A stretch of 64,000 nt of DNA from assembly GCA_964016885.1 (NCBI GenBank), contig OZ024740.1, positions 329,530,001-329,594,000 on the forward strand, given 5' to 3'. Shown here piece by piece: positions 36,814 to 47,321 of this stretch. The notes beneath the pieces were generated by a model. The model was not told the DNA's origin. It saw only the letters and a program-made list of their open reading frames with translations, and did no database searches. The stretch's first letter is position 1; each line of letters opens with the position of its first letter. Position numbers and translations under genes: made by a program. The stretch is from Eledone cirrhosa. Taxonomy: Eukaryota.

Positions 36814-37872
36814 CATGTTTAGTAATGATTAATACGAAATGCACTTAAACCGAATTCTATATTATGAATTCACTTAAATAATTATCGCGTAGTCTTGAGT
36901 TCGTTATGAGTCTCTGTTTTATAAAAGGATGCCACAGTGTGTACGATAGATAATGATTACAATATTTTTGGGCAACAACTCTAGTCCCACACTTTTTGAA
37001 GTACCAGTAATGCACTGGGTAATTGCTGGCCTTGTGCCAAAAGTAGAAACAATTATAACATTATGTGGCTCTTTTGAGCTTGCGCATTTTTCAGGACTAG
37101 TTTAATATTTTTTTAAGGCAACGCTTGTAATAACTCTAGTTAAACATGATATATATTAATAGTAAATTATCGTTGTAATGTAATTAGATTATATAATTGT
37201 GATTTTATAAATGATCATATAAATATTATTTTAAGATGTATAAACATATTTTCAGACTTTTAATATAAACAACTACAAAAAACAATCAATATTAAATAAA
37301 TAAAAAAATATATATAAATTAACAAAACGAGAAAAATATTTTGATCATAAACGACGAAATACAGGAGGAAGATTCGAAAGCGAAACGATAAATAAACGTG
37401 CAAACAAAATAGCGGATGCTTTTGGCCAACAATTACTTTCGTTGGTTGATTAGTCAATAAGACGATGAAATTAGCCAATAAGACGATACATTACAAAACA
37501 TGTTTGGCCGCGATCACCACGGCCAGCGACACACCTTGAACCTTTTATTCACAAGCTACGCAAATATGTCAGACACGCAAACTTAAAACATTCTGTTGTT
37601 AGTCACTGCGTGTCTAGCAGATTACATATTTTCTTTCCCACGTATTTAGAATCGTTAACATCATGGTAAAAAGAAACTGAAGCATATCAACATTGGAAAA
37701 CATTTGTAATTGAAAGGATAAGATGCACTAACAAAGAGGTGAAACACAAGAAGTTTCTACAGTAAATATGATAGACTCAAATAGTTTCCTCAATTAAGTA
37801 AATACCAAAAAAAAAAAAAAGAAAAAAAATGTTAAATACAACGGAAATCAATATTTAATTCAAAACACCGTT

Positions 37873-38220
<348 letters not shown>

Positions 38221-38289
38221 AAGGTTGACGGACCCACCATATTTATCAATGCCAGTACCGGTTGTATCTCAGCGCACTCAATGGGCAAT

Positions 38290-38440
38290 ATAAGATTCAT
38301 TACCAGAGTATACACATAGTTATTTGCCTCATCACAACACACGTAAATCGGGTGGCTATAAGGTTCCCGGACTCGAGTTTCTGCACCACTAATGCAGCAG
38401 TCAGGTGCACTGCACCATCTGTCTGCATATATTATGCAAC
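38290..38440 (-). pseudogene. Possible highly degenerate hAT-type transposase fragment
   Basis: ISGAETRVREPYSHPIYVCC resembles the GVQARIRE..AIYVHC motif of hAT transposases; short and weak. Confidence 0.3.
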
Positions 38441-38801
38441 AATGCACAATCGGCTTATGCTGCTTCATCAGCGGGTCTCGCCTAATCAATAACCAATCGA
38501 TCGACATAATCCAAACACCGGCCCGTGCCGGTCATGACTGTTTGTGACAACCGACACGGTAAAGCGATTAACTGGCATCCCATAGGACACTATCTCTCAA
38601 CTAGCTACTGATTTACACATTTTACGTGGGGACGGGAAGCTAAAAAGAATCAGTCTATTAGTTCCTGTCATAAGATCTCAGCCAACGTGTCTCACACACA
38701 AATTATCAAGAGATGAAAAGATGGCTATTAGAAATAGCAGTTCACATTGATATAAAATAGAATGGTAGTATTCGGTTCATGTCTCCAAGCGCCATATATA
38801 A

Positions 38802-38870
<69 letters not shown>

Positions 38871-38912
38871 AGAAAAAAAGAGAATTAGTGTTGCGACGAA
38901 TGGAATTTATTG

Positions 38913-39008
38913 GACATATTACAATCGTTTCTCTGGCGACTAGCTCGAGGCACGATCGATTTGCTGATCGAACCTGACACTGAAAATCTCAAGGTCCTCA
39001 GTTACATC
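38913..39008 (-). ncRNA. Degenerate type I hammerhead motif
   Basis: GATGTAA-CTGAGGA...GAAAC-GATT-GTA-ATATGTC followed by AATAAA; stem II pairs poorly. Confidence 0.45.
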
Positions 39009-39078
39009 TTGATTCTACGAATCAGATTTTCCTATGTCCTCTTATATACACACACACACACACACATACATGTGTATA

Positions 39079-40328
39079 CAGTGTGCGGACGGTATTTGAG
39101 CACACATGTATTTGTTGTCATTATTTTATTCGACTAATTTTTATTGAATTTCCATTTCAGAAAATAACAATGAAAATAACTATGCTTACTAATGAAATGA
39201 AAAGGCATGCTGTGATTGTGGCTTTGAAGGCTAAGCATGGAGATTTAGAAATTTCTCGTTTTCTGAAAGTTGCAAGATCTTTTGTCCACAAGATTCGGTG
39301 TGAGTTAGAGAAAGAAGAGGGAAGCGTATTACCTGTATCAAAACGTAAAACACATTCCAAACGGTCCGATTCTATCAGGACACCTGAATTTTTTCAGGAA
39401 GTTAAGCAAAACATTGATAACAATCCAGGAAAATCAATGAGGTCAATTGCAAAATGTTTTGGTGCATCAGAAAAAAACAATCAGAAAGTTTTGCATGAAG
39501 ACATCAGATACAAATCTTACGTGATGAGAAGAAGTTAATTCATGTCAGAAAAAGCAAAAGAAAAGCGTTTAATCAGATCCAGAAGACTTTTAATCAAACT
39601 TAAAAATATATCAGAAGGCAGTGTGATTTGGTTTTTCTCAGATGAGAAAACATTTGAATAGGACCAGAAAATTAACAGAGGAAAGAAGAGGTGGCTATGT
39701 ACAGACACTTTTCAGGTTCCAAGAGTATTGCACACACAATTTCCTGCAAGTGTAATGTTTTGGGGTGTTGTTAGCAATGAAGGACACGTGATGCCTCCTC
39801 ACCTCTTTCCACAATGCCTTCGGGGGAATGCTGCTGCATATAAAGTTGTTAAGACTTGGATCAACAGTGTATGCAATGGAAGGCCTTATGTCTTTCAACA
39901 TTATTCTGCACTATCACACAAGGCTCAAAAGACACAAGAATGGATGGCTGAGAATTTGCATTATCACATCACCCCCAACATTTAGCCTCCTAATTCTCCA
40001 GATCGCAATCCACTGGACTACTATGTATGGATCACTGTTAAGAACAATTTCAATGAACACTCCAAAGCACCAAATATTCTTTGAAAGCCGCCATAATTAG
40101 AGTGATGTAGGATATGAACAAGGAACACTTAATCCGAGCTTGTAACATATTTCGACCCCGTGTAGAGGTACTTATTGATGTTTATGGTGGTTTTATTGAA
40201 TGAAATTATTAAATTGATAATTTACCTTTATATGTATGCTATATTTATAAGAATACAGTTTTTTACTGTTATTATATAAACGTTTTTTTAAAACCATAAA
40301 TATGTCCTCAAATACCGTCCGCAGCCTG
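39079..40328 (+). mobile_element. Tc1/mariner DD37D (maT-type) DNA transposon, defective
   Basis: TIRs CAG(TG/GC)TGCGGACGGTATTTGAG.ACA.AT with TA flanks. Transposase relic 39170-40203: WFFSDEKTF, VMFWGVV, FQHYSALSHKA (second D mutated), PPNSPDRNPLDY, with 37 residues between the second and third catalytic positions. Confidence 0.9.
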
Positions 40329-40366
40329 TATATATATATGTATATGAATATATATATATACATATG

Positions 40367-40465
<99 letters not shown>

Positions 40466-40688
40466 GGGGTAACAGATTATTGTTTTAGGTAGTCCACTTA
40501 GGTGTAGTCCAGTTAGGGTACTACGTGTAGTGGATGATATCAACGCTTGGCTAAGTTTGACTCAACAAGGCGTTTCCATAATGATGCTGCGAGTACGCGG
40601 TGATTTCTATGTTGGTAAAACTTGGAGTAATGATAAATCAGGAAAGAAGTGTTACACGGTTTGCTATACCAAAAAGGTCGTTAATCTC

Positions 40689-40756
<68 letters not shown>

Positions 40757-40760
<4 letters not shown>

Positions 40761-40900
40761 CAAATAACGAAACGAAATTAAATTTCGTTTCGTTTGTAAC
40801 TCACTTTTGTATGACTGACGTCATACAAAAGTGAGTTACAAACGAAAAGTGAGTTACAAACGAAACGAAATTTAATTTCGTTTCGTTATTTGTTTTTATA
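40757..40900. repeat. Short fold-back palindrome made from the end of the 471-bp repeat unit
   Basis: ..gtaactcacttttgtatgac-tgac-gtcatacaaaagtgagttac.. centred near 40818. Confidence 0.8.
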
Positions 40901-41425
40901 TATATATATAACTCAAAAGTGAGTTACAAACGTTAATTGTATATATATATATATATATATAAACAAATAACGAAACGAAATTAGATTTCGTTTCGTTTGT
41001 AACTCACTTTTGTATGACTGACGCTTAAACAATTAAGTTAAAGATGTACATCCATATATGTATACTGAAATACTAGTATGTATATGAATACACACAAGTA
41101 TACATATGGAGATGTACCAAGTTTTTTTTTTTTTTTTCACTGGTCACTTTACTGTGAGTGGCCAGCTATTCTGTATGTAAACACACAGACAAACCGGTTT
41201 TTAGAGTCATACTGGTTTTTGAGGAAACACCTTTCCTCTATTCTTCAGAAAGCCAGACAAGGAATATTGAACTAATTTCGTTTCGTTATTTGTTTTTATC
41301 GTCTCCGTTGAACCGGTACTTACTCACACTCTATGCAAATTGGTCTGCCCACTACTAATTTTCATAGAAAAAGCATATAACGATATGTGCTTTTACGATT
41401 CTCTAGAGAGGCCGGAAGATAGGTA

Positions 41426-41470
41426 AATATTGCTGATGAGTTGTAACAACAACGAAACTAGTTCAATATT
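41426..41470 (+). ncRNA. Minimal type I hammerhead ribozyme
   Basis: AATATTG-CTGATGA-GTTG-taacaa-CAAC-GAAAC-TA-GTT-CAATATT; 7-bp stem I, 4-bp stem II, palindromic AACTAGTT stem III. Confidence 0.9.
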
Positions 41471-41896
41471 CCTTGCCTGGCTTTCTGGACAATAGAGGAA
41501 AGGTGTTTCCTCAAAAACCAGTATGACTCTAAAAACCGGTTTGTCTGTGTGTTTACATACAGAATAGCTGGCCACTCACAGTAAAGTGACCAGTGAAAAA
41601 AAAAACTTGGTACATCTACATATGTATACGTGTGTGTATTCATATACATACTAGTATTTCAGTATACATATATGGATGTACATCTTTAACTTAATTGTTT
41701 AAGCGTCAGTCATACAAAAGTGAGTTACAAACGAAACGAAATCTAATTTCGTTTCGTTATTTGTTTTTATCGTCTCCGTTGAACCGGTACTTACTCACAC
41801 TCTATGCAAATTGGTCTGCCCACTACTAATTTTCATAGAAAAAGCATATAACGATATGTGCTTTTACGATTCTCTAGAGAGGCCGGAAGATAGGTA

Positions 41897-41941
41897 AATA
41901 TTGCTGATGAGTTGTAACAACAACGAAACTAGTTCAATATT
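41897..41941 (+). ncRNA. Minimal type I hammerhead ribozyme (second unit)
   Basis: Identical to 41426-41470. Confidence 0.9.
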
Positions 41942-42236
41942 CCTTGTCTGGCTTTCTGGAGAATAGAGGAAAGGTGTTTCCTCAAAAACCAGTATGACTC
42001 TAAAAACCGGTTTGTCTGTGTGTTTACATACAGAATAGCTGGCCACTCACAGTAAAGTGACCAGTGAAAAAAAAAACTTTGTACATCTACATATGTATAC
42101 GTGTGTGTATTCATATACATACTAGTATTTCAGTATACATATATGGATGTACATCTTTAACTTAATTATATATATATATATATATAAAATAAAGTAAAAT
42201 AAAAAGTCAAATGTTTAAAATTTAGCTTCGTTTATT

Positions 42237-42291
42237 ACTGCTATATATATTTCGGTGACAGCCATCTTTGGCTGTGGCCTCTTCAGGCAGT
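42237..42291 (-). ncRNA. Type I hammerhead ribozyme, inverted pLTR copy of PLE-2
   Basis: Reverse complement of 45023-45077 with one substitution in stem II. Confidence 0.85.
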
Positions 42292-43197
42292 TCGAATTAG
42301 TACATATGTTGTTGAGGTGTATAATTCTGTCAATACTCTGATATGCCCAGTTCCTGGTTGGGTTGTTATTTCACTGAGGAATTGGAATCATATGAATACA
42401 AACAAATGAATGTCAGTGTCAAAGGGCCTCTTCTCCTCTCATTGGTAGTTGTTAGAACATTCCTCATTCAAAAGTCTATAGAAGTTCGTTCTGAGGCAAG
42501 CCAATCTGTAGTTGTTGTTCTTGTTATTGTTAGGTACATCTGACCTCAATTCTTGTGTTGGTAGTGTTGTTATTGTTGAAGTTAGCTTAAACAATTGATA
42601 AAGTGGTAGAAGGTACAATGTGGTAAAGGAACAAAATAGCAAAACTAAATGTCAAACTTCCCATTGGTCAGTTTTGAGAGCATTCCTCGTCAGAAGTTTA
42701 TAGAATTCTTTCTGGGGTGTGTTTGTGTTTGCTATTGTTAAGTGTTTGTGTTTGCTATTGTTAAGTACATTTGACTTCTACCATTATTTCGGTAGTGTTG
42801 TTGGTGTTGTGGTCAGCTTATATCTTGCTGCTGCTGACAATTTAGAAGTATCTATGTGTGTTTTTTCTTCATCCCTCCTGCCACCATCTCCCGTGGTGGT
42901 GGTGGCGGGGGGGGGGGTATTCCATGTATATGAAGGAATATAAGGTAATAAATGAAGAAAACAGAAAATAAATAATAAATAGAGAATAAAGAATAAATGA
43001 AAAATTGGTGAAAAAGTAATGAAAATGAATATGGAGAAGTGAAAAATAAAATGAAGCTTCAAATAAAGTAGGATAAAGTGTGTGTGTGCTATAACCAATC
43101 TCAAGGTCAGAAATATGTTGGATAGATGGTATGAGGTACAAGATATTAAAATCACACACAACCAGCAGATGGCAATACAAGCACTCAGCAGAACCAT

Positions 43198-43764
43198 GTG
43201 AAAGGAGGGAATGGGGGACCCAGAGCCCACCCAAGAAATCCAAACAGACTCGGGGAGCCCCCACCGTGCCTGGGGGAAGACCGCCATGTAACACATAACG
43301 GGAACCCCAATCTAGGCACGCATAGGTCGACCACCCTCTGCAATTGCAGAAACCCCGAATTATGCCCCCTTGGTAATGAATGCCTTAAGAGGAACATAGT
43401 ATACGGTTGTAGGGTTAAAACCCCCAACTCCGAACACCTCTACATAGGAGCCACATCAGCGAGCTTTAAAGACCGCTGGTACAACCATCGCCATTCATTC
43501 AATAAGGAGGCCAAAACGAAAAACACGGCTCTCTCCGACATGATCTGGAAGCTTAAGCTGGACAGGACCCCGTACTCTCTGGCCTGGTACATAATCAGGA
43601 AAGTACCACCCGATAAAGGGGAATCTTCCATATGCAAACTATGCCTGAACGAGACCCTCGAGATACTAAGAGATGGAAGCGGCCTGATAAACCTCAGAAC
43701 CGACTTCTTCGGGACATGCAGACACCTTCGAGCCGGGACCTTCCTCAAGATATATGGACAGTAG
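43198..43764 (+). pseudogene. PLE GIY-YIG endonuclease C-terminal fragment (5'-truncated, frame open)
   Basis: CNCRNPELCPLGNEC, NIVYGC..LYIGAT..FKDRWYNH, CKLCLNE, CRH. Confidence 0.88.
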
Positions 43765-45022
43765 CAACACAAGAAGATGTGAACTCCCCTCAAGCTATAG
43801 GGACTTCTCCAGAACATGTAGACACCTCTCGGCCAGACGTCCCTCAAGCTATATGGGCAGTAACAACACCCTAGGTTGAGAACTCTCCCCAAGCCATAGG
43901 GAACAACCCAGGCTGAGCAGATACCATGATAACCTAGAGATTGAATCGGACACAGCCATTATAATTTGGCCAACATCTATATAACACAAACACATTTTAA
44001 TTTACTTGATACCTGATTTTCAAGTTCCAATTTTAAATCTTGATTTCTCTTTATTAATTTGTTATTTGTTTTCTGTTCTCTTCACTCTATCACGTTATAT
44101 TTATATTTAAGTTGAGATTGATTATAACACAAACACATTTTGTTTGATTATTTTATTCTTTTATTATTTTAACATCTTATTCCTCATACCAATCTATCCA
44201 ACATATTTCTGACCTTGAGATTGGTTATAGCACACGCACGTTATCCTACTTTATTTGAATCTTCATTTTATTTTTCACTTCTCCATATTCATTTTCATTA
44301 CTTTTTCACCAATTTTTCATTTATTCTTTATTCTCTATTTATTATTTATTTTCTGTTTTCTTCATTTATTGCCTTATATTTCTTCATATACATGGAAGAA
44401 CCACCACCACGGGAGATGGTGGCAGGAGGGATGAAGAAAAAACACACACAGATACTTCCAAATTGTCAGCAGCAGCAAGATATAAGCTGACCACAACACC
44501 AACAACACTACCGAAATAATGGTAGAAGTCAAATGTACTTAACAATAGCAAACACAAACACTACAGGGAGCCTCACCCCAGAAAGAATTCTTAAGACTTC
44601 TGACTGAGGAATGCTCTCAAAACTGACCAATGGGAAGTTTGACATATTTTTGTTGTTGTTATTTTGTTCCTTTACCACCTTGTACCTTCTACCACTTTAT
44701 CAATTTTTTAAGCTAACTCCAACAATAACAACACTACCAACACAAGAATTGAGGTCAGATGCACCTAATAATAACAAGAACAACAACTACAGATTGGCTT
44801 GCCTCAGAACGAACTTCTATAGACTTTTGAATGAGGAATGTTCTAACAACTGACCAATGAGAGGAGAAGAGACCCTTTGAAACTGAAATTAATTTGTTTG
44901 AATTGATATGATTCCAGTTCCTCAGTGAAATAACAACCCAACCAGGAACTGGGCATATCAGAGTATTGACAAAATTATACACCTCAACAGCATATGTACT
45001 TGTCTATACCACACTAATTCGG

Positions 45023-45077
45023 ACTGCCTGAAGAGGTCACAGCCAAAGATGGCTGTCACCGAAATATATATAGCAGT
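45023..45077 (+). ncRNA. Type I hammerhead ribozyme in PLE-2 pLTR
   Basis: ACTGC-CTGAAGA-GGTcACAGCC-aaagat-GGCTGTcACC-GAAA-TATATA-TA-GCAGT. Confidence 0.88.
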
Positions 45078-45220
45078 AATAAATGAAGCTAAATTTTAAA
45101 CATTTGACTTTTTTTAAAACTTTATTTTACATTACTCCGGAGTAACCAAACCAACCTGCGCACATCGTCGAGTGCTCCAGCCGGCATACTGAGGTGATGG
45201 TATACAACCAACATATACTC

Positions 45221-45260
<40 letters not shown>

Positions 45261-45272
45261 CCCCCCTCTCTC

Positions 45273-45305
<33 letters not shown>

Positions 45306-45344
45306 TGAAAGGATAACAATGACAATTGGTTACTCCTTCATTAC

Positions 45345-47100
45345 ATTTATTGGTAGGTAACGCGCGTTTCGCGACTGATCAGCTCAAGGTTTGATCTGTA
45401 TCAATCTTACCCGACTCAATAATCGGCAAGTCGACGGACCCTTTAAAATGGTATAAGAAAATGAATACATGCTATGTGATAAAGTCAGAAGTTCATAACT
45501 TGTACAATATGAGTTGTTTTGATTGGTGGAAAAGATCATAGGGATGTATTGGCCTCTAGTGTATGGGGGGTGGTGTGATGATAAGATGTTGGTGACAGTC
45601 TCTGACTGCGATGGGCTGTGGTGTGGGGGTGGGTGATTGACTTCCGCCTGTAGTGTATGTGGGGGTGGATGTGGTGGTGACGGTCGCTGATTGGGATGAA
45701 TTGTGGTGGGGGGTAGTAGATTTTCGGTAGACAGGTTGGCGTATATTTTTGGCTGGTTATTGTGAGGTGTGTGGTTGTGGTGTTGTTGTTTATGGTAGTG
45801 GCGTTTGTAATGGTGTGGTGGATGTGTTGGTGGTGTCAAGTCCATGGGGAGGTACATATCTAGACACTCTTAGTCTGACAAATACGTTGTATATATATAC
45901 ATGCGCATAAGTCTGACATACATACATATACACCTATATACACACACATACATGCGCCCACATACATCCACACGTACATATATCTATATGCATATATGCA
46001 CACACATATATATGCTCATGCGCGCGTGTGGATATATAGAGAGAGGGGAGAGTATCGGTCGGGTGGCGTAGTATAAAGATAGAGGAAGGGTGAGTGAGAG
46101 CCAATGGAGATGGTATTGTACATATAGACATACACATACATACATACACACATACACACGCACACATACACACATATATATACACATATACACGTACACA
46201 CAGATATACACATATATATATATATATACACACATATATATATATGCATATATATATATATGCATATGTATATATATGTGCGTATATATACTCACACATA
46301 TATAAAAGATACTTACACACAGACACACGCACTTTCGTTGGTTCGAGAGGGAAGGTATGTGTTGGCTATGTTAATGAAGTTAATGAATGTTGAGCTATGG
46401 AGTTGTGCCCTGTGGTGGCAGTGGTGGAGTTGTGAGCGACAAAAATATACAGGATCGAATAATACGATGGGTTACAGTTTAAAGGGTGACATAGGGAACA
46501 CGGGGGGAAAAGAGATGGTGGTGGTGGTGATGGGATGATATGTTCAACAATATGACTACATGATCAGATGTTACGGTGGGTTACAGGGTAAAGCAGAGGG
46601 AGAAGGCAGATGTAACACAGTCGTTCTGGGAGTGAGGGATGATATGTGTTGATGATGTTAATGTTGTTAGTGATTGTTGAAGTATGTGGATGTATCTAGT
46701 GGTGGCGGTGGTGGTGTGCCGACAGTACATTTACAGGATCCAATTTTGCGTGGGGTTGTAAATTAGGGTAGGCAGAGGGAACATGGGGGAGTAAGGTTGC
46801 GGGTGTTGGATGGTAGACATATAACGATGTGTGGTGGTGGCGATGGGGTGATATGATCGGATGTTACTATGGTTTGCAAGGTAAAACCTGAGAGAGAGGA
46901 CAGATAGAACACAATCTTGCAAGGATGAGGGGGGTATGGCGATGTGATTTTTGGTAGGGGTGATGTATGCGGTATGATATACAAAATACGGGCTTACAAA
47001 TAGTTACATGTAATACAATAAAATAAATTCACTGAGATGAGTGATGGTGAGACGGGGAAGAGGTGGTTATTATTATACTGGGACATGGTTAGTGTGCGGC
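45345..47100 (-). repeat. Degenerate low-complexity region, probably PLE 3'UTR/pLTR-derived, with a diverged ~130-bp duplication (46515-46625 vs 46830-46920)
   Basis: Minus strand ends in gcGAAAC-GCGC-GTT..AATAAA (HHR 3' half) at ~45345-45372. Confidence 0.4.
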
Positions 47101-47169
47101 CCTCCGCCGAATGTTTGTGCAGAAAATGTGTTCATCCTGGTGTGTCTGCAATTGACAATTATGTCTGAG

Positions 47170-47317
47170 CTATAGTTTATGGCAGATTTTAATTTAATTA
47201 TTTCGGCAACCTGCAGCGGTTTCTGTCACTGGGGAGTTGCGCTACGCGTCTTTTGACTGACCATGTGACCTGGGATGCGGCCGAAATAAGTAAATTAAAA
47301 TCTGCCATAAACTATAG
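47170..47317. repeat. 38-bp inverted repeat with 72-nt spacer
   Basis: ctatagtttatggcagattttaatttaattatttcggc / gccgaaataagtaaattaaaatctgccataaactatag. Confidence 0.85.
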
Positions 47318-47321
47318 GTCA

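Larger units (their letters stand above)
35545..37148. mobile_element. Fold-back/MITE-like element with ~190-bp inverted arms, interrupted by Vingi and SINE insertions
   Basis: 35553-35728 pairs with ~36880-37100; the right arm carries a SINE 3' fragment at ~37000-37056. Confidence 0.7.
40961..42166 (+). mobile_element. HHR-containing 471-bp tandem repeat (non-LTR retrozyme-like): inverted partial unit 40961-41274, then ~1.9 direct units
   Basis: Period 471 (CTGATGA at 41433 and 41904); no credible ORF; flanked by (TA)n. Confidence 0.85.
42185..45220 (+). mobile_element. Penelope-like element (PLE-2): GIY-YIG + long pLTR, with ~960-bp inverted pLTR copy upstream
   Basis: 42185-43152 is the reverse complement of 44167-45129; GIY-YIG ORF lies between them. 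Confidence 0.9.

Noticed and set aside
41715-41760. Second ribozyme in the 471-bp unit (..AAGTGA-GTT-aca-AAC-GAAAC..GTT)
   Set aside because: No CUGANGA core and no stem I; treated as a plain palindrome.
40757-42166. CRISPR-like array
   Set aside because: Long identical units without unique spacers, no cas genes, eukaryotic context.
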